DNA of 56,484 nt from Candidatus Acetothermia bacterium (GTDB lineage: Bacteria > Bipolaricaulota > Bipolaricaulia > M55B111). Positions 8,181-18,294 of this stretch are shown here, piece by piece; position 1 is the stretch's first letter; every line of letters begins with the position of its first letter. The stretch lies in contig JBKGZS010000002.1 of assembly GCA_046543285.1 (NCBI GenBank), forward strand, positions 1 to 56,484, read 5' to 3'. The notes beneath the pieces were generated by a model. That model did not search any database. It was not told the origin of the DNA and was given only the letters and a program-made list of their open reading frames with translations. Both the position numbers and the translations under genes were made by a program.

Positions 8181-10862
8181 TTACAATTGTCCCCAGTTGT
8201 CCCCACTTTTAAGGTCCACTTTGAGGGGAACTTTGAGGTCCATTACCTCTTCCATGACTTTTCTAAGCTTCTGACAAGCCAGTTCCGTTTTATCTTTAGG
8301 GCTTTCCAGGATTAGCTCATCGTGTACCTGAAGCAAAAGATCGCCAGGCAAGGATCCTTTTCTAATATCCTCGTGGACTTCGATCATGGATAACTTCATC
8401 AGATCGGCAGCACCACCCTGGATCGGGGTGTTAATCGCATTTCGTTGATCGTGTCTTCGTTTATTCCAGTTATTGCTAGAAATATTAGGGAGATATCTCC
8501 GGCGGTTCAAAAACGTTTGTGCATACTTGCGTTCTTCGGCCTCTTGAATTTGTTCGTCGATAAACTCTTTGGCTCTCGGATAGAGGCTAAAAAAGCGATC
8601 GATATACTTTGCAGCTTCCTCTTGCTCAATTCCTAAATCTCGGGCCAGCCCGTACTTCGTAATACCGTAAACAATCCCAAAATTAACCCGTTTGGCGGTA
8701 TCACGCATCTGCGGAGTCACTTCCTCTGCAGGAACCCCGTAGATCTGAGCTGCGGTTTTGGAGTGCAGATCCTCACCGCTCTGAAAGGTTTCTATCAGTT
8801 CAGGATCCTCGGACAGGTGGGCCAGTAAACGCAGCTCGATTTGAGAATAATCCGCCCCAATGAGGGCTTTCCCCGGACCGGGGACAAAAGCTTTCCTCAG
8901 CAGCTTGCCGGTTTCAGTGCCTTTGGGGATGTTTTGCAGATTCGGCTCGGATGAGGAGAGCCGACCAGTTGCGGTGGCCGTCTGGTTAAAGGATGTATGA
9001 ATCCTGCCCGTATCTTCGTTGACGAAGTCGGGAAGTTTGTTTACGTAAGTATTCAACAATTTGTCAATTTCTCGGTACTCCAGAACTTTCTCGGGCAGAG
9101 GATGTTTGTCGGATAGTTTTTCCAGCACCCGAGCATTAGTTGAGGGGCCTGTTTTGGTCCTTTCGATTACAGGCAAGTTCAGCTTGTCAAAAAGTACCTC
9201 TCGCACCTGCTTGGGAGAGCTTGGGTTGAGCTGTTCCCCCGCTAACCTTTCAATTTGTTGCTGCAGCTGCTCAAGTCGAGACTGGAGCTCTCGTTTTCCT
9301 TGCTCTAACCTGGTGGGCTCAAAGCGGATCCCCTTCCGTTCCATGTCTTTCAATACGGGGATCAATGGAATTTCAACTCTTTGGAGAAGTTCGAGCTGAT
9401 CTCTTTCCTGGAGTTTAGCCTCCAGAGCGCCTTTTAAAGGCCAGATGACCTCCGCAATTTTGGCATTTTCAGTGACGATCCGCCCGCCCGCTGTCAATTT
9501 CTCTTCGCTTGCAAGGCTTTCATTTTCCTCCTGGTTGAGTGCGGGGAGGTCTCTGTCCAGATAAGTTTTTGCTACTTTACCCAGACCATGCCCTCGTTTT
9601 GAGGGTTTTAGAAGATATGAGGCCAGCATGGTATCGAAAACCATTCCCCGAAGGTCGATTCCCTGGATATCCAGTAGGAGCGAATCTGTTTTGAGGCCAT
9701 GGCCCATGATTTTCAGCTCGGGATCTTCCAGGAGGGATTTAATTCGGCCCAATACTGATTCCTTTTTGGAGTCCTTAAACTCATCGTCTAGTTGCAAAAA
9801 ATAGCCTTTACCTTCCCCTGTGGCCAAAGAAAGGGCGCCTATTTCTGCTTCCAGGGGTTGGTCTCGCCTGGAGAGCAGGTAAATGGATAAATATTTGCGG
9901 TCTCTGGCTTCCTCAGAAAAGGTTTCCAGTTTTTCTAAAGTGTCAAGATGTTGGCTTTCGATTGGTCTCTGATTTTCCCGGGGTAATTCCGATAACAAGG
10001 AGCCAAACTCCAATCGTACGAAGATTTCCCTCAATCCATCAACATTCGGATCTCCCCTAACAGTTGAGCCGATATCAAGTTCTAGGTCGTCGTGAAGTTC
10101 AATCAAATTTCTGCTTTTTTGGGCTTCTTCTTTGTGGTTTCGCAGGATGTTTTGAAGCTTGGTGGAGGAGACGTTTTCCAAGTGGTTTAACAGTTTTTCT
10201 AAACTGGAAAACTCATCCAGCAACTTGCGTGCTCGGACTTCCCCGATTTGGGGTACTCCAGGTATGTTATCCGAACTATCTCCTTTCAGAGATAGGTAAT
10301 CTAAAACTTGGGTCGGGGGCACACCAAGTTTCTCCTGAACCTCATCGGAGCCAAACAATTGCATCTCTTCGCCTGGTTTGTTGGAGGGTACCACCATTTT
10401 CACTTCATCGTCGACCAGCTGCATGAGGTCTTTGTCATTGCTGAGGATCAGCGCTTCCATTCCACGTTTCTTGGCTTGCGTGACCAGGGTGGCAATCACG
10501 TCGTCCGCTTCATAGCCCTCCACCTGCAAGGTTTTTATGCCCAGGTGCTCGGTGATGGAGATGATATCCGGTATCTGCTGGGCAAGTTCGTCGGGGATTT
10601 CGGGCCGATCCGCTTTGTAATCTTCGTATTCCTTATGACGTACGGTTTCAACTTTAGAATCCAGAGCCAGTGCTATGTATTTTGAGGCCCATTCCCGATT
10701 TACTTTGAGCAAAGTTCGCGTGTACCCAAATATGGCGTTTGCCGGTTGTCCATCGGAAGTGGTCAAGGTTTTGGGAAGGGCAAAAAAAGATCGATAAATT
10801 AAGGAATGACCGTCAATGACCAGAAGGCGGTTTTCATCTGGATTATCTGGTAGCAAGCTCAT
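8181..10862 (-). CDS. polA: DNA polymerase I
   Basis: 893 aa. 5'-nuclease N-terminus (LLVIDGHSLIYRSFFAL). Polymerase motifs A (DYSQIELRLLAH), B (RDTAKRVNFGIVYG) and C (QVHDELILE). Confidence 0.95.
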   Translation of the reverse strand: MSLLPDNPDENRLLVIDGHSLIYRSFFALPKTLTTSDGQPANAIFGYTRTLLKVNREWASKYIALALDSKVETVRHKEYEDYKADRPEIPDELAQQIPDIISITEHLGIKTLQVEGYEADDVIATLVTQAKKRGMEALILSNDKDLMQLVDDEVKMVVPSNKPGEEMQLFGSDEVQEKLGVPPTQVLDYLSLKGDSSDNIPGVPQIGEVRARKLLDEFSSLEKLLNHLENVSSTKLQNILRNHKEEAQKSRNLIELHDDLELDIGSTVRGDPNVDGLREIFVRLEFGSLLSELPRENQRPIESQHLDTLEKLETFSEEARDRKYLSIYLLSRRDQPLEAEIGALSLATGEGKGYFLQLDDEFKDSKKESVLGRIKSLLEDPELKIMGHGLKTDSLLLDIQGIDLRGMVFDTMLASYLLKPSKRGHGLGKVAKTYLDRDLPALNQEENESLASEEKLTAGGRIVTENAKIAEVIWPLKGALEAKLQERDQLELLQRVEIPLIPVLKDMERKGIRFEPTRLEQGKRELQSRLEQLQQQIERLAGEQLNPSSPKQVREVLFDKLNLPVIERTKTGPSTNARVLEKLSDKHPLPEKVLEYREIDKLLNTYVNKLPDFVNEDTGRIHTSFNQTATATGRLSSSEPNLQNIPKGTETGKLLRKAFVPGPGKALIGADYSQIELRLLAHLSEDPELIETFQSGEDLHSKTAAQIYGVPAEEVTPQMRDTAKRVNFGIVYGITKYGLARDLGIEQEEAAKYIDRFFSLYPRAKEFIDEQIQEAEERKYAQTFLNRRRYLPNISSNNWNKRRHDQRNAINTPIQGGAADLMKLSMIEVHEDIRKGSLPGDLLLQVHDELILESPKDKTELACQKLRKVMEEVMDLKVPLKVDLKSGDNWGQL

Positions 10863-11384
10863 TTATATAATTGTGTTTTCGCCGGTTTGTTTTCTCAGGG
10901 CGGAATGGTGCTCCAGCCCCCCGCAGAGAGCTACAGCGAGCGCATCGGCGGCATCGTCGGGTTCGGGAAACTCATCCAGAAGGAGGAGTTTCATTACCAT
11001 ATTCTTTACCTGCGATTTGCTGGCCTTGCCGTAACCGGCCACGGTCTTCTTTACTTCCACCGGTGAATATCCGGTTACGATTGACGAAGAGCAGGCCAGG
11101 ACTATAACACCCCGTGCTTCGGAAACCATCATTGCAGTTTTTTGATTTCGGCTGTAGAAAACCTCCTCAACCCCTACCCGGGCTGGCTGAACTTCGTTTA
11201 TTAGCTGGTGAAGCTCTTGATACAAGGTTGCTAGTCTGTCAGATTTGGGCTTTCCGGAGTCGGTTCTAATGGTTCCTTTGTCTACGATCTGAAACTTCCG
11301 AGGTTGATTACTGCGGGGCTTGATTATACCGTATCCTGTGGTTGCCAGACCTGGATCCACGCCCACGATGGTCGAGGAGCTCAC
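10863..11384 (-). CDS. ruvC: Crossover junction endodeoxyribonuclease RuvC
   Basis: 173 aa. IVGVDPGLATTGYGII N-terminus, EEVF and DAADALAVALC motifs. Its stop abuts the polA start. Confidence 0.9.
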   Translation of the reverse strand: MSSSTIVGVDPGLATTGYGIIKPRSNQPRKFQIVDKGTIRTDSGKPKSDRLATLYQELHQLINEVQPARVGVEEVFYSRNQKTAMMVSEARGVIVLACSSSIVTGYSPVEVKKTVAGYGKASKSQVKNMVMKLLLLDEFPEPDDAADALAVALCGGLEHHSALRKQTGENTII

Positions 11385-11911
11385 AGCAAATCAGCCAGCT
11401 TTTCCATTCGGGGGTCTTTCGCCGAGGTTTCTTCGGAATCTTCCTGGCACTGATGATCTTTGCCCACCTCGTTTAAATCGGCGCCACAATGAGGGCAGAG
11501 ACCTGCACAATCCTGTTGACACAGAGGGTAGGGCTCGAGATCCAGGGATAGAAAGCTTTTGACGTATTGATCCAAATCTAAGCTATCTTCTCCCGAGTAG
11601 CGGTAAATTGAGACGTTTCCCTCGCTGGTAACCTCCAGCTCGATATCGGCTCTAAATTCCAGTTCTTCGTGACGGTCGATATCCACGTCAATTGGTGTCA
11701 AGCATCTACGGCAATGCTGGCTGGCAACTGAGGTGATATCGATGGAAAGATTAACGTTGCCGTCCCTGAAGACCGCCACCCCTTCAACCTTGACTGGTTC
11801 CGGCAAATCTACCTTGTCCAAGTGATATTCAAGTTCCTGGATATCCACCACACCGGAAACCTCTACTGGTTTACCTTCTTTGCTGCGTAGTTTGGCCACG
11901 TTTAGTTCCAT
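11381..11911 (-). CDS. yceD: YceD/DUF177 family protein (large-subunit ribosome-accumulation protein)
   Basis: 176 aa. CRRCL...CQQDCAGLCPHCGADLN...DPRMEKL pattern typical of DUF177. Overlaps the ruvC start by 4 nt. Confidence 0.8.
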   Translation of the reverse strand: MELNVAKLRSKEGKPVEVSGVVDIQELEYHLDKVDLPEPVKVEGVAVFRDGNVNLSIDITSVASQHCRRCLTPIDVDIDRHEELEFRADIELEVTSEGNVSIYRYSGEDSLDLDQYVKSFLSLDLEPYPLCQQDCAGLCPHCGADLNEVGKDHQCQEDSEETSAKDPRMEKLADLL

Positions 11912-12467
11912 TGTAATCTCCTCGTTAATCCCGTTGGTGGTTTATGTTCTACGGGCGTAAGGTATATATGGCTCAGAATAAATCATAAATCACGAAGAGC
12001 TCTCGCGGGGCTGGTGATAACCTGGGAACGAAGTCGACCCGGCTGGCTGATTTTTTACCCGCGGGGCTACAATTGTAATATCATATGGGCGCTGACTGAG
12101 CCTTGGCTTATGCACCGATAATTCCTTTTTGATTCTTTTGGTTTAAGAAAATAACTGCTGTGTGATCTAACGGTTAAAATTTCAAACTCACGGTCACTAC
12201 GAATTAAGTATAGTTTACGGCCCGAGAGAGATCAATTAACGACCGTCGACTGGGGGGATTCTGGTGCCAGGGGCCTAATGCCTGAGATTCGCAGGTTTCG
12301 CATTTACAGTCAATCATGGTAGACTTGCTCGAAGGGTTTGTTTATGGTTTTCCACGATATCCATCTTTAAGATGGTTTCCCGCTGATAATCGGGGGTACG
12401 AGGCCGGCCTTTCGGCGGGACAAATAAGGAACATCCGGCGGCGAACTGAGGATGAGGAGATCTTTCC

Positions 12468-12662
12468 GTGACTTTCGTTCTTGCCGTAACTCTAGGAATA
12501 GTTTTATTGGTATTCGGTGGTCGGTTCTTATATCAGAGGATTTGGCTTCCGCGACGGGAAGATTCCCATAAATGTCCGCACTGTGGTCGACATTACCGAG
12601 ATAACCCCTACTATTGCCCGCATTGTGGAGAGGTCGTAGAGCACCGGAGCCAGCGCCGATGA
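12468..12662 (+). CDS. Small membrane-anchored zinc-ribbon protein
   Basis: 64 aa. GTG start 8 nt after GAGGAG. N-terminal hydrophobic helix followed by CPHCG-x11-CPHCG. Confidence 0.5.
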   Translation: MTFVLAVTLGIVLLVFGGRFLYQRIWLPRREDSHKCPHCGRHYRDNPYYCPHCGEVVEHRSQRR

Positions 12663-12733
12663 CCTCACCTTGGGAATACTCATGTGGAAGGCGTTATAAT
12701 CTTTTACTTGTCTTTTCTGTCCTGAGGAACGGA

Positions 12734-13129
12734 TCACTGGTCCAGTTTCTTCCTATACTCAAAAGGCTCAGGGAGTAAGTCGGTTAGAGGGCTGGTTTCA
12801 CATTCCCCTTCCAGATCTGCCATCACTATTTTGAGTTCCGGGGCGTGTTCGTGCAGAGTTTGTCTGCAGGACCCGCAGGGCCGACAGGGCCCTCCTTCAC
12901 AGGCAATGGCCAGCTCTTCAAATTCCCTCGCCCCCTGGCTTAGTGCATTAAACAGGGCTACCCTTTCGGCGCATATCGAGAGGCTGTTCACCCCGTTCTC
13001 CACGTTTGCCCCGGTGTAAATTTCTCCTTCTCCAGCTTTTAAAGCTGCGCCGACGGGAAATTTTGAATAAGGGGAATAGGCAAATTCTCTGGCCTGGATA
13101 GCTCTTTGTATCAATCTGTTGGTGTTCAC
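12734..13129 (-). CDS. cdd: Cytidine deaminase
   Basis: 131 aa. CAERVA and PCGSCRQ zinc-ligand motifs of the homotetrameric cytidine deaminase family. Confidence 0.9.
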   Translation of the reverse strand: MNTNRLIQRAIQAREFAYSPYSKFPVGAALKAGEGEIYTGANVENGVNSLSICAERVALFNALSQGAREFEELAIACEGGPCRPCGSCRQTLHEHAPELKIVMADLEGECETSPLTDLLPEPFEYRKKLDQ

Positions 13130-13276
13130 AGATAATCACCTCCGACCGGTGAAGTCTGTAGATATTATAAGGGCTGCAAGCCCCAGTTGGCATTCTCGGA
13201 GCCGATTTCTGATAATAGGCTCAACTTTGGCATCGGTTGACGTCATTGGCTTTTGTTAACGGAGGGAGGTATTAAG

Positions 13277-15004
13277 ATGGATGAAGGCTGGCCCTGGAAC
13301 CGCGAGGAGCGGGAAAGATTGGTTGGTTTGTTTAGAGGAGGAAAGACCGCGGACGTGATTTTCGTTAACGGCCAAGTGGTCAATGTGCTGACAGGCGAAA
13401 TATTGCGACGAGAGGTGGTAGTCAAGGGCCCGTACGTAGCCTACGTGGGAAAAGACTCGGCAAGCTTCAGAGGGGCAACAACCCAAATATGTGACGTCGA
13501 CGGGGCGTATATAGTCCCAGGCTTGCTGGACGCTCATCTGCACATTGAGAGCTCGATGCTTACCCCGAGCCGTTTCGGAGAAATGGTGCTCCAGGGCGGG
13601 GTCACCGGGGTCTTTTTTGATCCCCACGAGATTGCCAACGTTGCTGGACTGGAAGGAGTGCTCTGGATGCTGGATGATCTGGAAAATTCTCCGTTGCGCG
13701 GTTATTTGACCGTACCATCTTGTATTCCCGCAAGCAGTGAAGAACTGGAAACCACGGGAGCTACCTTTGGCTTAGAAGAAGTCAAAAAGGCCTTTGGCCA
13801 TCCGAGAGCGGTGGCGTTAGGGGAAATGATGAATTTTCCCGGTGTGCTCGGTGGTCAGTCTTCCGTCTTCGACAAGCTTCAGGTGTCGTGCAGGAAGGGG
13901 AAGGTTCTGGAAGGTCACGCTAGTGGCCTCTACGGCAGGAAACTGGCGGCCTATCTCGCTGCAGGAATAGATTCGGATCATGGGGCGGTGACCAAAGAAC
14001 AGGCCATGGAAAGGGCGCGCAATGGTTGCTGGACATACCTTCGGGAAGGTTCCGGCTGGGCTGATCTGGAACAAACGGTAAAGGCCGTGACCGAAGAGGG
14101 ACTTTCCCCCGCTCGTTTCTGCCTGGTAACTGACGACCGGGATCCCTTGGATTTGAGGGATGAAGGTGGAGTGGATCACGTCGTCAGGCGAGCGATTCAA
14201 GCCGGCTTGGAACCCCTTACTGCCCTGCGGATGGCTACTATAAATCCCGCTACCAGATTCGGGCTCTCGGATCTCCTCGGATCCGTATCCCCCGGTCGTT
14301 ACGCGGACCTGGTCCTGGTTAAGGATCTGGAGCGTTTTCAGGTTATGAAAACCTATGTAGGCGGGAAACCGACTTCTGAAAGAGGTCATTGTTCCGAGAT
14401 TCCTCAGTTTCTATGCGACACTGTCAATCTCGATCTTCCACTCCGCCTGGAGGATTTTAATCTCCGGGGCAAGGAGAAGGATTTTGCTATTGGCGTTTCA
14501 AAGTCAGGAATTGTCACCGAACTTTTGAGATTACCGTCTGCAGAAGTCTCCAGTGAAGCTCTGCTCCACTGTGCAGTCCTGGAGAGACATCATGGCAGCG
14601 GCGAGATGGGGCGAACCAGGGTGGCTGGGTTCGGACTCCAGCGAGGTGCGCTGGCCTCTACAGTGGCCCACGATAGCCACAACCTAATTGTACTCGGAGA
14701 TTCGAAGGATGATATGTTGGCTGCGGTAAACTGGCTTGTTCAGAATGACGGGGGCCAGGTTGCGGTTTGCAAGGGCGAGGTAATAGGCGGGATCTCCCTG
14801 CCCGCAGGGGGTTTAATGAGTTCAAAGCCGCCGAAACGGATCGCTCGCTCCCTGGAGCGTTTGAAAAAAGCGGTTCGCCAGCTTGGGCCGGTCATAGATG
14901 AGCCCATGATGATCCTTTCTAGCCTTGCTCTTCCCGTAATACCGGAGGCCAGAATTACAGATAAGGGCCTGGTGAACGTGGAGGATTTTGAATTGCTGAC
15001 CTAA
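13277..15004 (+). CDS. ade: Adenine deaminase
   Basis: ORF-track TTG 13253 trimmed to ATG 13277, which follows GGAGGGAGG. Amidohydrolase motif GLLDAHLHIESSML. Length (~575 aa) matches Ade. Confidence 0.85.
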   Translation: MDEGWPWNREERERLVGLFRGGKTADVIFVNGQVVNVLTGEILRREVVVKGPYVAYVGKDSASFRGATTQICDVDGAYIVPGLLDAHLHIESSMLTPSRFGEMVLQGGVTGVFFDPHEIANVAGLEGVLWMLDDLENSPLRGYLTVPSCIPASSEELETTGATFGLEEVKKAFGHPRAVALGEMMNFPGVLGGQSSVFDKLQVSCRKGKVLEGHASGLYGRKLAAYLAAGIDSDHGAVTKEQAMERARNGCWTYLREGSGWADLEQTVKAVTEEGLSPARFCLVTDDRDPLDLRDEGGVDHVVRRAIQAGLEPLTALRMATINPATRFGLSDLLGSVSPGRYADLVLVKDLERFQVMKTYVGGKPTSERGHCSEIPQFLCDTVNLDLPLRLEDFNLRGKEKDFAIGVSKSGIVTELLRLPSAEVSSEALLHCAVLERHHGSGEMGRTRVAGFGLQRGALASTVAHDSHNLIVLGDSKDDMLAAVNWLVQNDGGQVAVCKGEVIGGISLPAGGLMSSKPPKRIARSLERLKKAVRQLGPVIDEPMMILSSLALPVIPEARITDKGLVNVEDFELLT

Positions 15005-16305
15005 CTGATTCTGTCCAATACCAGATCTGATTCCTGAGGGGGCTCAGTGCCAGTTGATATGGCATTTTTAGCCAAATGCTTGGCCTTTTTGATATTTCGT
15101 GCCCGATTAAACTGTAGCTGCACAAACGGTTCTTCCTCTTTGACGGAATCTCCGATCTTTTTCAGCAGCCGGATTCCCGCTGCTGGATCGATCTCCCCGA
15201 CTTCTCCTTCCCTTCCAGCACCCAGCAAATTTGCTGCCCTTCCGAGACAAAGGGCATCCAGATCGTGAACGTAGCCGGATTGATCAGCCGAAAGAGAGAT
15301 TTTCTCAGCGGCTTGGGGCAAGAGGTCCAAATCGTCTACAACCCGGGCTTTCCCACCCTGGTTTTCAATCATGGCCCGTAACTTTTCCGCGACTTCGCCA
15401 TCCTTGATCTTCCTCTTCAGGATTTGACGAGCGTCTTCCAGCCTGTAGTCTGACTTGGCTTTAACCAACAGTTCGCTGGCCAGTTCTATTGCCAGGTGAT
15501 GAAGCTCCCCTTTCTTTTCACCCCGCGCGGTGAGAATGGCTTCCTCAACCTCGATAGCGTTACCAATGGTTCTACCAAGAGGCTGGTTCATATTGGTCAA
15601 TAGCGCCGAAGTGTTGAGGTTGGCCTTTTTTCCAATTTTCACGCAACCATAACCGAGCTCCTGTGCCTCTTGTCTGGTTTTCAGGAAAGCCCCGGATCCA
15701 ACTTTAATGTCTAGCACCAGACCATCGGGATGGCAGGCCATCTTTTTGCTCATTATGCTGCTGATGATCAGGGGAATGGAGTCCACGGTCGCCGTCTCAT
15801 TTCGCAGGGTATACAGCTTCCGATCGGCCGGCACCAATTGTTCAGTATGTTCGATGATTCCGAGACCGGACTTCCGGAGATTTTTGATGAAGCGATCTTT
15901 GGAGATAGTTGCCTTAAATCCCGGAATCGATTCCAATTTGTCAATGGTACCCCCCGTATGCCCCAACCCTCTACCCGAAAGTTTACCGATTACTAGATCG
16001 CAGGAAGCCACTAGAGGTACCAGGAGCAGAGAAACTTTGTCCCCTACTCCTCCAGTGGAGTGTTTATCGGCTTTAAACCCGGAAATACAGGAGAAATCAA
16101 CTTCTTCTCCTGATTCCGCCATGCTTTTAGTCAGGGAAAATATCTCCGGTTCGGTCAGGGAGTTGAGGTAGATGCTCGTCAATAGCGCGGCCATCTGGTA
16201 GTCGGGGATTTCTCCCCTGACGTAGCCTTCGATCAGAAAGCTAAATTCCTTTTCGGAAAGGGGTTCCCCGTCCCGCTTTTTCTGCAACAATTCCAAAGTT
16301 TGCAT
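15001..16305 (-). CDS. pdp: Pyrimidine-nucleoside (thymidine) phosphorylase
   Basis: 434 aa. DKHSTGGVGDK and SGRGLGHTGGTIDKLES motifs. Convergent 4-nt overlap with the ade stop. Confidence 0.9.
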   Translation of the reverse strand: MQTLELLQKKRDGEPLSEKEFSFLIEGYVRGEIPDYQMAALLTSIYLNSLTEPEIFSLTKSMAESGEEVDFSCISGFKADKHSTGGVGDKVSLLLVPLVASCDLVIGKLSGRGLGHTGGTIDKLESIPGFKATISKDRFIKNLRKSGLGIIEHTEQLVPADRKLYTLRNETATVDSIPLIISSIMSKKMACHPDGLVLDIKVGSGAFLKTRQEAQELGYGCVKIGKKANLNTSALLTNMNQPLGRTIGNAIEVEEAILTARGEKKGELHHLAIELASELLVKAKSDYRLEDARQILKRKIKDGEVAEKLRAMIENQGGKARVVDDLDLLPQAAEKISLSADQSGYVHDLDALCLGRAANLLGAGREGEVGEIDPAAGIRLLKKIGDSVKEEEPFVQLQFNRARNIKKAKHLAKNAISTGTEPPQESDLVLDRIS

Positions 16306-16309
16306 TGCT

Positions 16310-17251
16310 TTACTCCCGTCGATATGGCTCGCCCAGCTTACTGGGAAAGTCGGCCCGACCGATTACTCCTGCGACGGCGATCAAAGTGACCAGGTAAGGT
16401 AACATAAGGATCACCTGCCAGGGCACGGCCTGTTTGATGGCTGAGGAACTGGAGACCCATACCCCAAGACTGTCGAAAAAACCAAAGATAAATCCCCCCA
16501 GTAGGGCCAACAGTGGATTAAGGTTGCTAAAAACTACGGTTGCCAGTGCGATAAACCCCCGTCCGGCAGCCAGATCCTTGGTAACTACCCCGAACCAGTC
16601 CAGGCACAGAAATGCTCCTCCCAGCCCGGCCAGACTCGCTCCGATAGCGGTGGAGAGGAATCTGATCTTTTCCACTGAAACTCCCGATACATCTGCTGCC
16701 CGGGGGTGTTCACCAGTGGCTTGAATGGTCAACCCGAGTTTGGTTCGATTTAAGAGGTAATAAGTGATGAGTGCCAGAAGGACCGTTAACAGGGTAATGT
16801 AACTTATTCCTCCGTAATGGGTTTGAATGGCGGGCATCCTGGTGAGCTTGGAAACTACGTGGTGTCCTGGAGTCTGCCAGGCAGCAATCAATCCGAAAGC
16901 AATCAATCCCCCTCCCAAAAGGTTGATACCCACGCCGCTTATGATTTGATTGCCCTTAAGGTAGACAGTGATGATACCATGAATCACTCCTATGGCCAGC
17001 CCGGTCAATATTCCTACTAAGAGTCCGACGTAGGGGCTCCCGGTAAGTTCGGCGCCCAGAGCGCTGGTGAAAGCGCTGGTTAACAGTATTCCTTCTAATC
17101 CGATGTTAATTACTCCGGATTTTTCCCCAATTATCTCTCCCGTTGCTGCTAGAGTAATGGGAACCATAGCGTTTAGCGAAATGACAAAGATCCGAAGAAA
17201 ACTGTTTAAGAAGTTGGGCATTAAGCTGTAGATCTCACCTTCCTCAGCCAT
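16310..17251 (-). CDS. ABC transporter permease (BMP/nucleoside-type importer)
   Basis: 313 aa polytopic membrane protein of the binding-protein-dependent family 2 type. In an operon with a second permease, a duplicated ATPase and a BMP lipoprotein. Confidence 0.85.
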   Translation of the reverse strand: MAEEGEIYSLMPNFLNSFLRIFVISLNAMVPITLAATGEIIGEKSGVINIGLEGILLTSAFTSALGAELTGSPYVGLLVGILTGLAIGVIHGIITVYLKGNQIISGVGINLLGGGLIAFGLIAAWQTPGHHVVSKLTRMPAIQTHYGGISYITLLTVLLALITYYLLNRTKLGLTIQATGEHPRAADVSGVSVEKIRFLSTAIGASLAGLGGAFLCLDWFGVVTKDLAAGRGFIALATVVFSNLNPLLALLGGFIFGFFDSLGVWVSSSSAIKQAVPWQVILMLPYLVTLIAVAGVIGRADFPSKLGEPYRRE

Positions 17252-18294
17252 GCTGTTAGTTGTCCTTTCAACAATTGGAGTAGATTAAATATTTCTGGGG
17301 CTGCCAAAGCTAGAATAATTAGCCCCTGGATTACTTTGACCATTTCCAGCGGTACTCCGGCGCTGATCTGCATGGTCCTTGCCCCTACGGTAAGTCCGGC
17401 AAAGAAGAGGGCTGCAAAAATGGCGCCGATGGGATGGTTTCGGCCGATCAAAGCGACGCCTATGCCGTCGAAACCCAGGTCTTTCAACGTGGAGAAGTCG
17501 CTGTACAGAGCATAGGTGGGTGGGTGAGCAACTATCTGAAGCGTCCCTGCCAAACCCGCCGCCAGCCCTCCAAGAATAAAAGTGGTAACTACGGAAGAGG
17601 TTTCGTCGATGCCTGCATACTGGGCCGCGTCGGGATTTTGCCCCACAACCCGCACTTCAAAACCTATGGTAGTGCGCCAGAGGATGATGAAGACGATCAG
17701 GGCAAAAATTAGAGAGGCAATGAAACCATAGGTCAAGCTAGTTCCCCTGAACAGTACCGGAAACCGGGAGGTAGGAGCTGCGCTGATAGATTTTTCGGCC
17801 CGCTGGGGATCGCCGAGAAAGCTAACCACTAGATACATTCCCAGGTAGAAGGCTATCCAATTGAGCATGATCGTGGAAATGACTTCGTGCACTCCACGGG
17901 TTATTTTGAGCAACGCCGCGGGGAGGCTCCAGAGAGCCCCGGCCAACATACCTGCCACCATGGCCAGGGCCAGGTGGAGACCGGGTGGAAGCTGTACCAG
18001 ACTGACCGCCACGGCGGCCATGGCTCCAAAATATAATTGACCTTCGGCACCGATATTGAACACCCCACCTCTGACCCCGATTGCAAAAGTCAAACCGGTA
18101 AGGATTAACGGAGTAGCCCGGGCCAAAGTAGAGGCGACGCCGTAGACGTCTCCAAACACGGAGGAGAAAAGGGCGGTGTAGGCTGCCAGAGGAGGATAGC
18201 CCCAGAGGGCCATGATTATCGCGCCCCCCAGGAGACCGATAATTCCTGCTATAAGGGAGTCCACCAGAGGCTTGATGACTCTTAGGAACTTCAC
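17221..18294 (-). CDS. ABC transporter permease (BMP/nucleoside-type importer)
   Basis: 357 aa polytopic membrane protein. Overlaps both neighbouring genes. Confidence 0.85.
   Translation of the reverse strand: MKFLRVIKPLVDSLIAGIIGLLGGAIIMALWGYPPLAAYTALFSSVFGDVYGVASTLARATPLILTGLTFAIGVRGGVFNIGAEGQLYFGAMAAVAVSLVQLPPGLHLALAMVAGMLAGALWSLPAALLKITRGVHEVISTIMLNWIAFYLGMYLVVSFLGDPQRAEKSISAAPTSRFPVLFRGTSLTYGFIASLIFALIVFIILWRTTIGFEVRVVGQNPDAAQYAGIDETSSVVTTFILGGLAAGLAGTLQIVAHPPTYALYSDFSTLKDLGFDGIGVALIGRNHPIGAIFAALFFAGLTVGARTMQISAGVPLEMVKVIQGLIILALAAPEIFNLLQLLKGQLTAWLRKVRSTA

Noticed and set aside
11930-11960. dif/Xer-like or DnaA-box-like strings in the yceD upstream spacer (TTATGTTCTAC, TTTTCCACG).
   Set aside because: These are only partial matches to the XerD arm (TTATGTTAAAT) and the DnaA box (TTATCCACA). 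No dnaA/dnaN context or box cluster is present.
12250-12300. tmRNA-like 5' string GGGGGGATTCTGG...GCAGGTTTCGC, reminiscent of GGGGCTGATTCTGGATTCGAC...GCGAAACC.
   Set aside because: No tRNA-like T-arm (GGTTCGA.TCC) or CCA end occurs within the next 400 nt. The GCGAAACC-like piece is in the wrong orientation. A coding ORF starts at 12468.
13817-14389. Long antisense or out-of-frame ORFs inside confirmed genes (for example 2483-3004, 13817-14389, 15707-16171, 44599-45036, 36145-36513).
   Set aside because: They lie wholly within well-supported conserved genes on the other strand or frame. They have low-complexity, Ser/Arg/Pro-rich translations and lack ribosome-binding sites. They are shadow ORFs.
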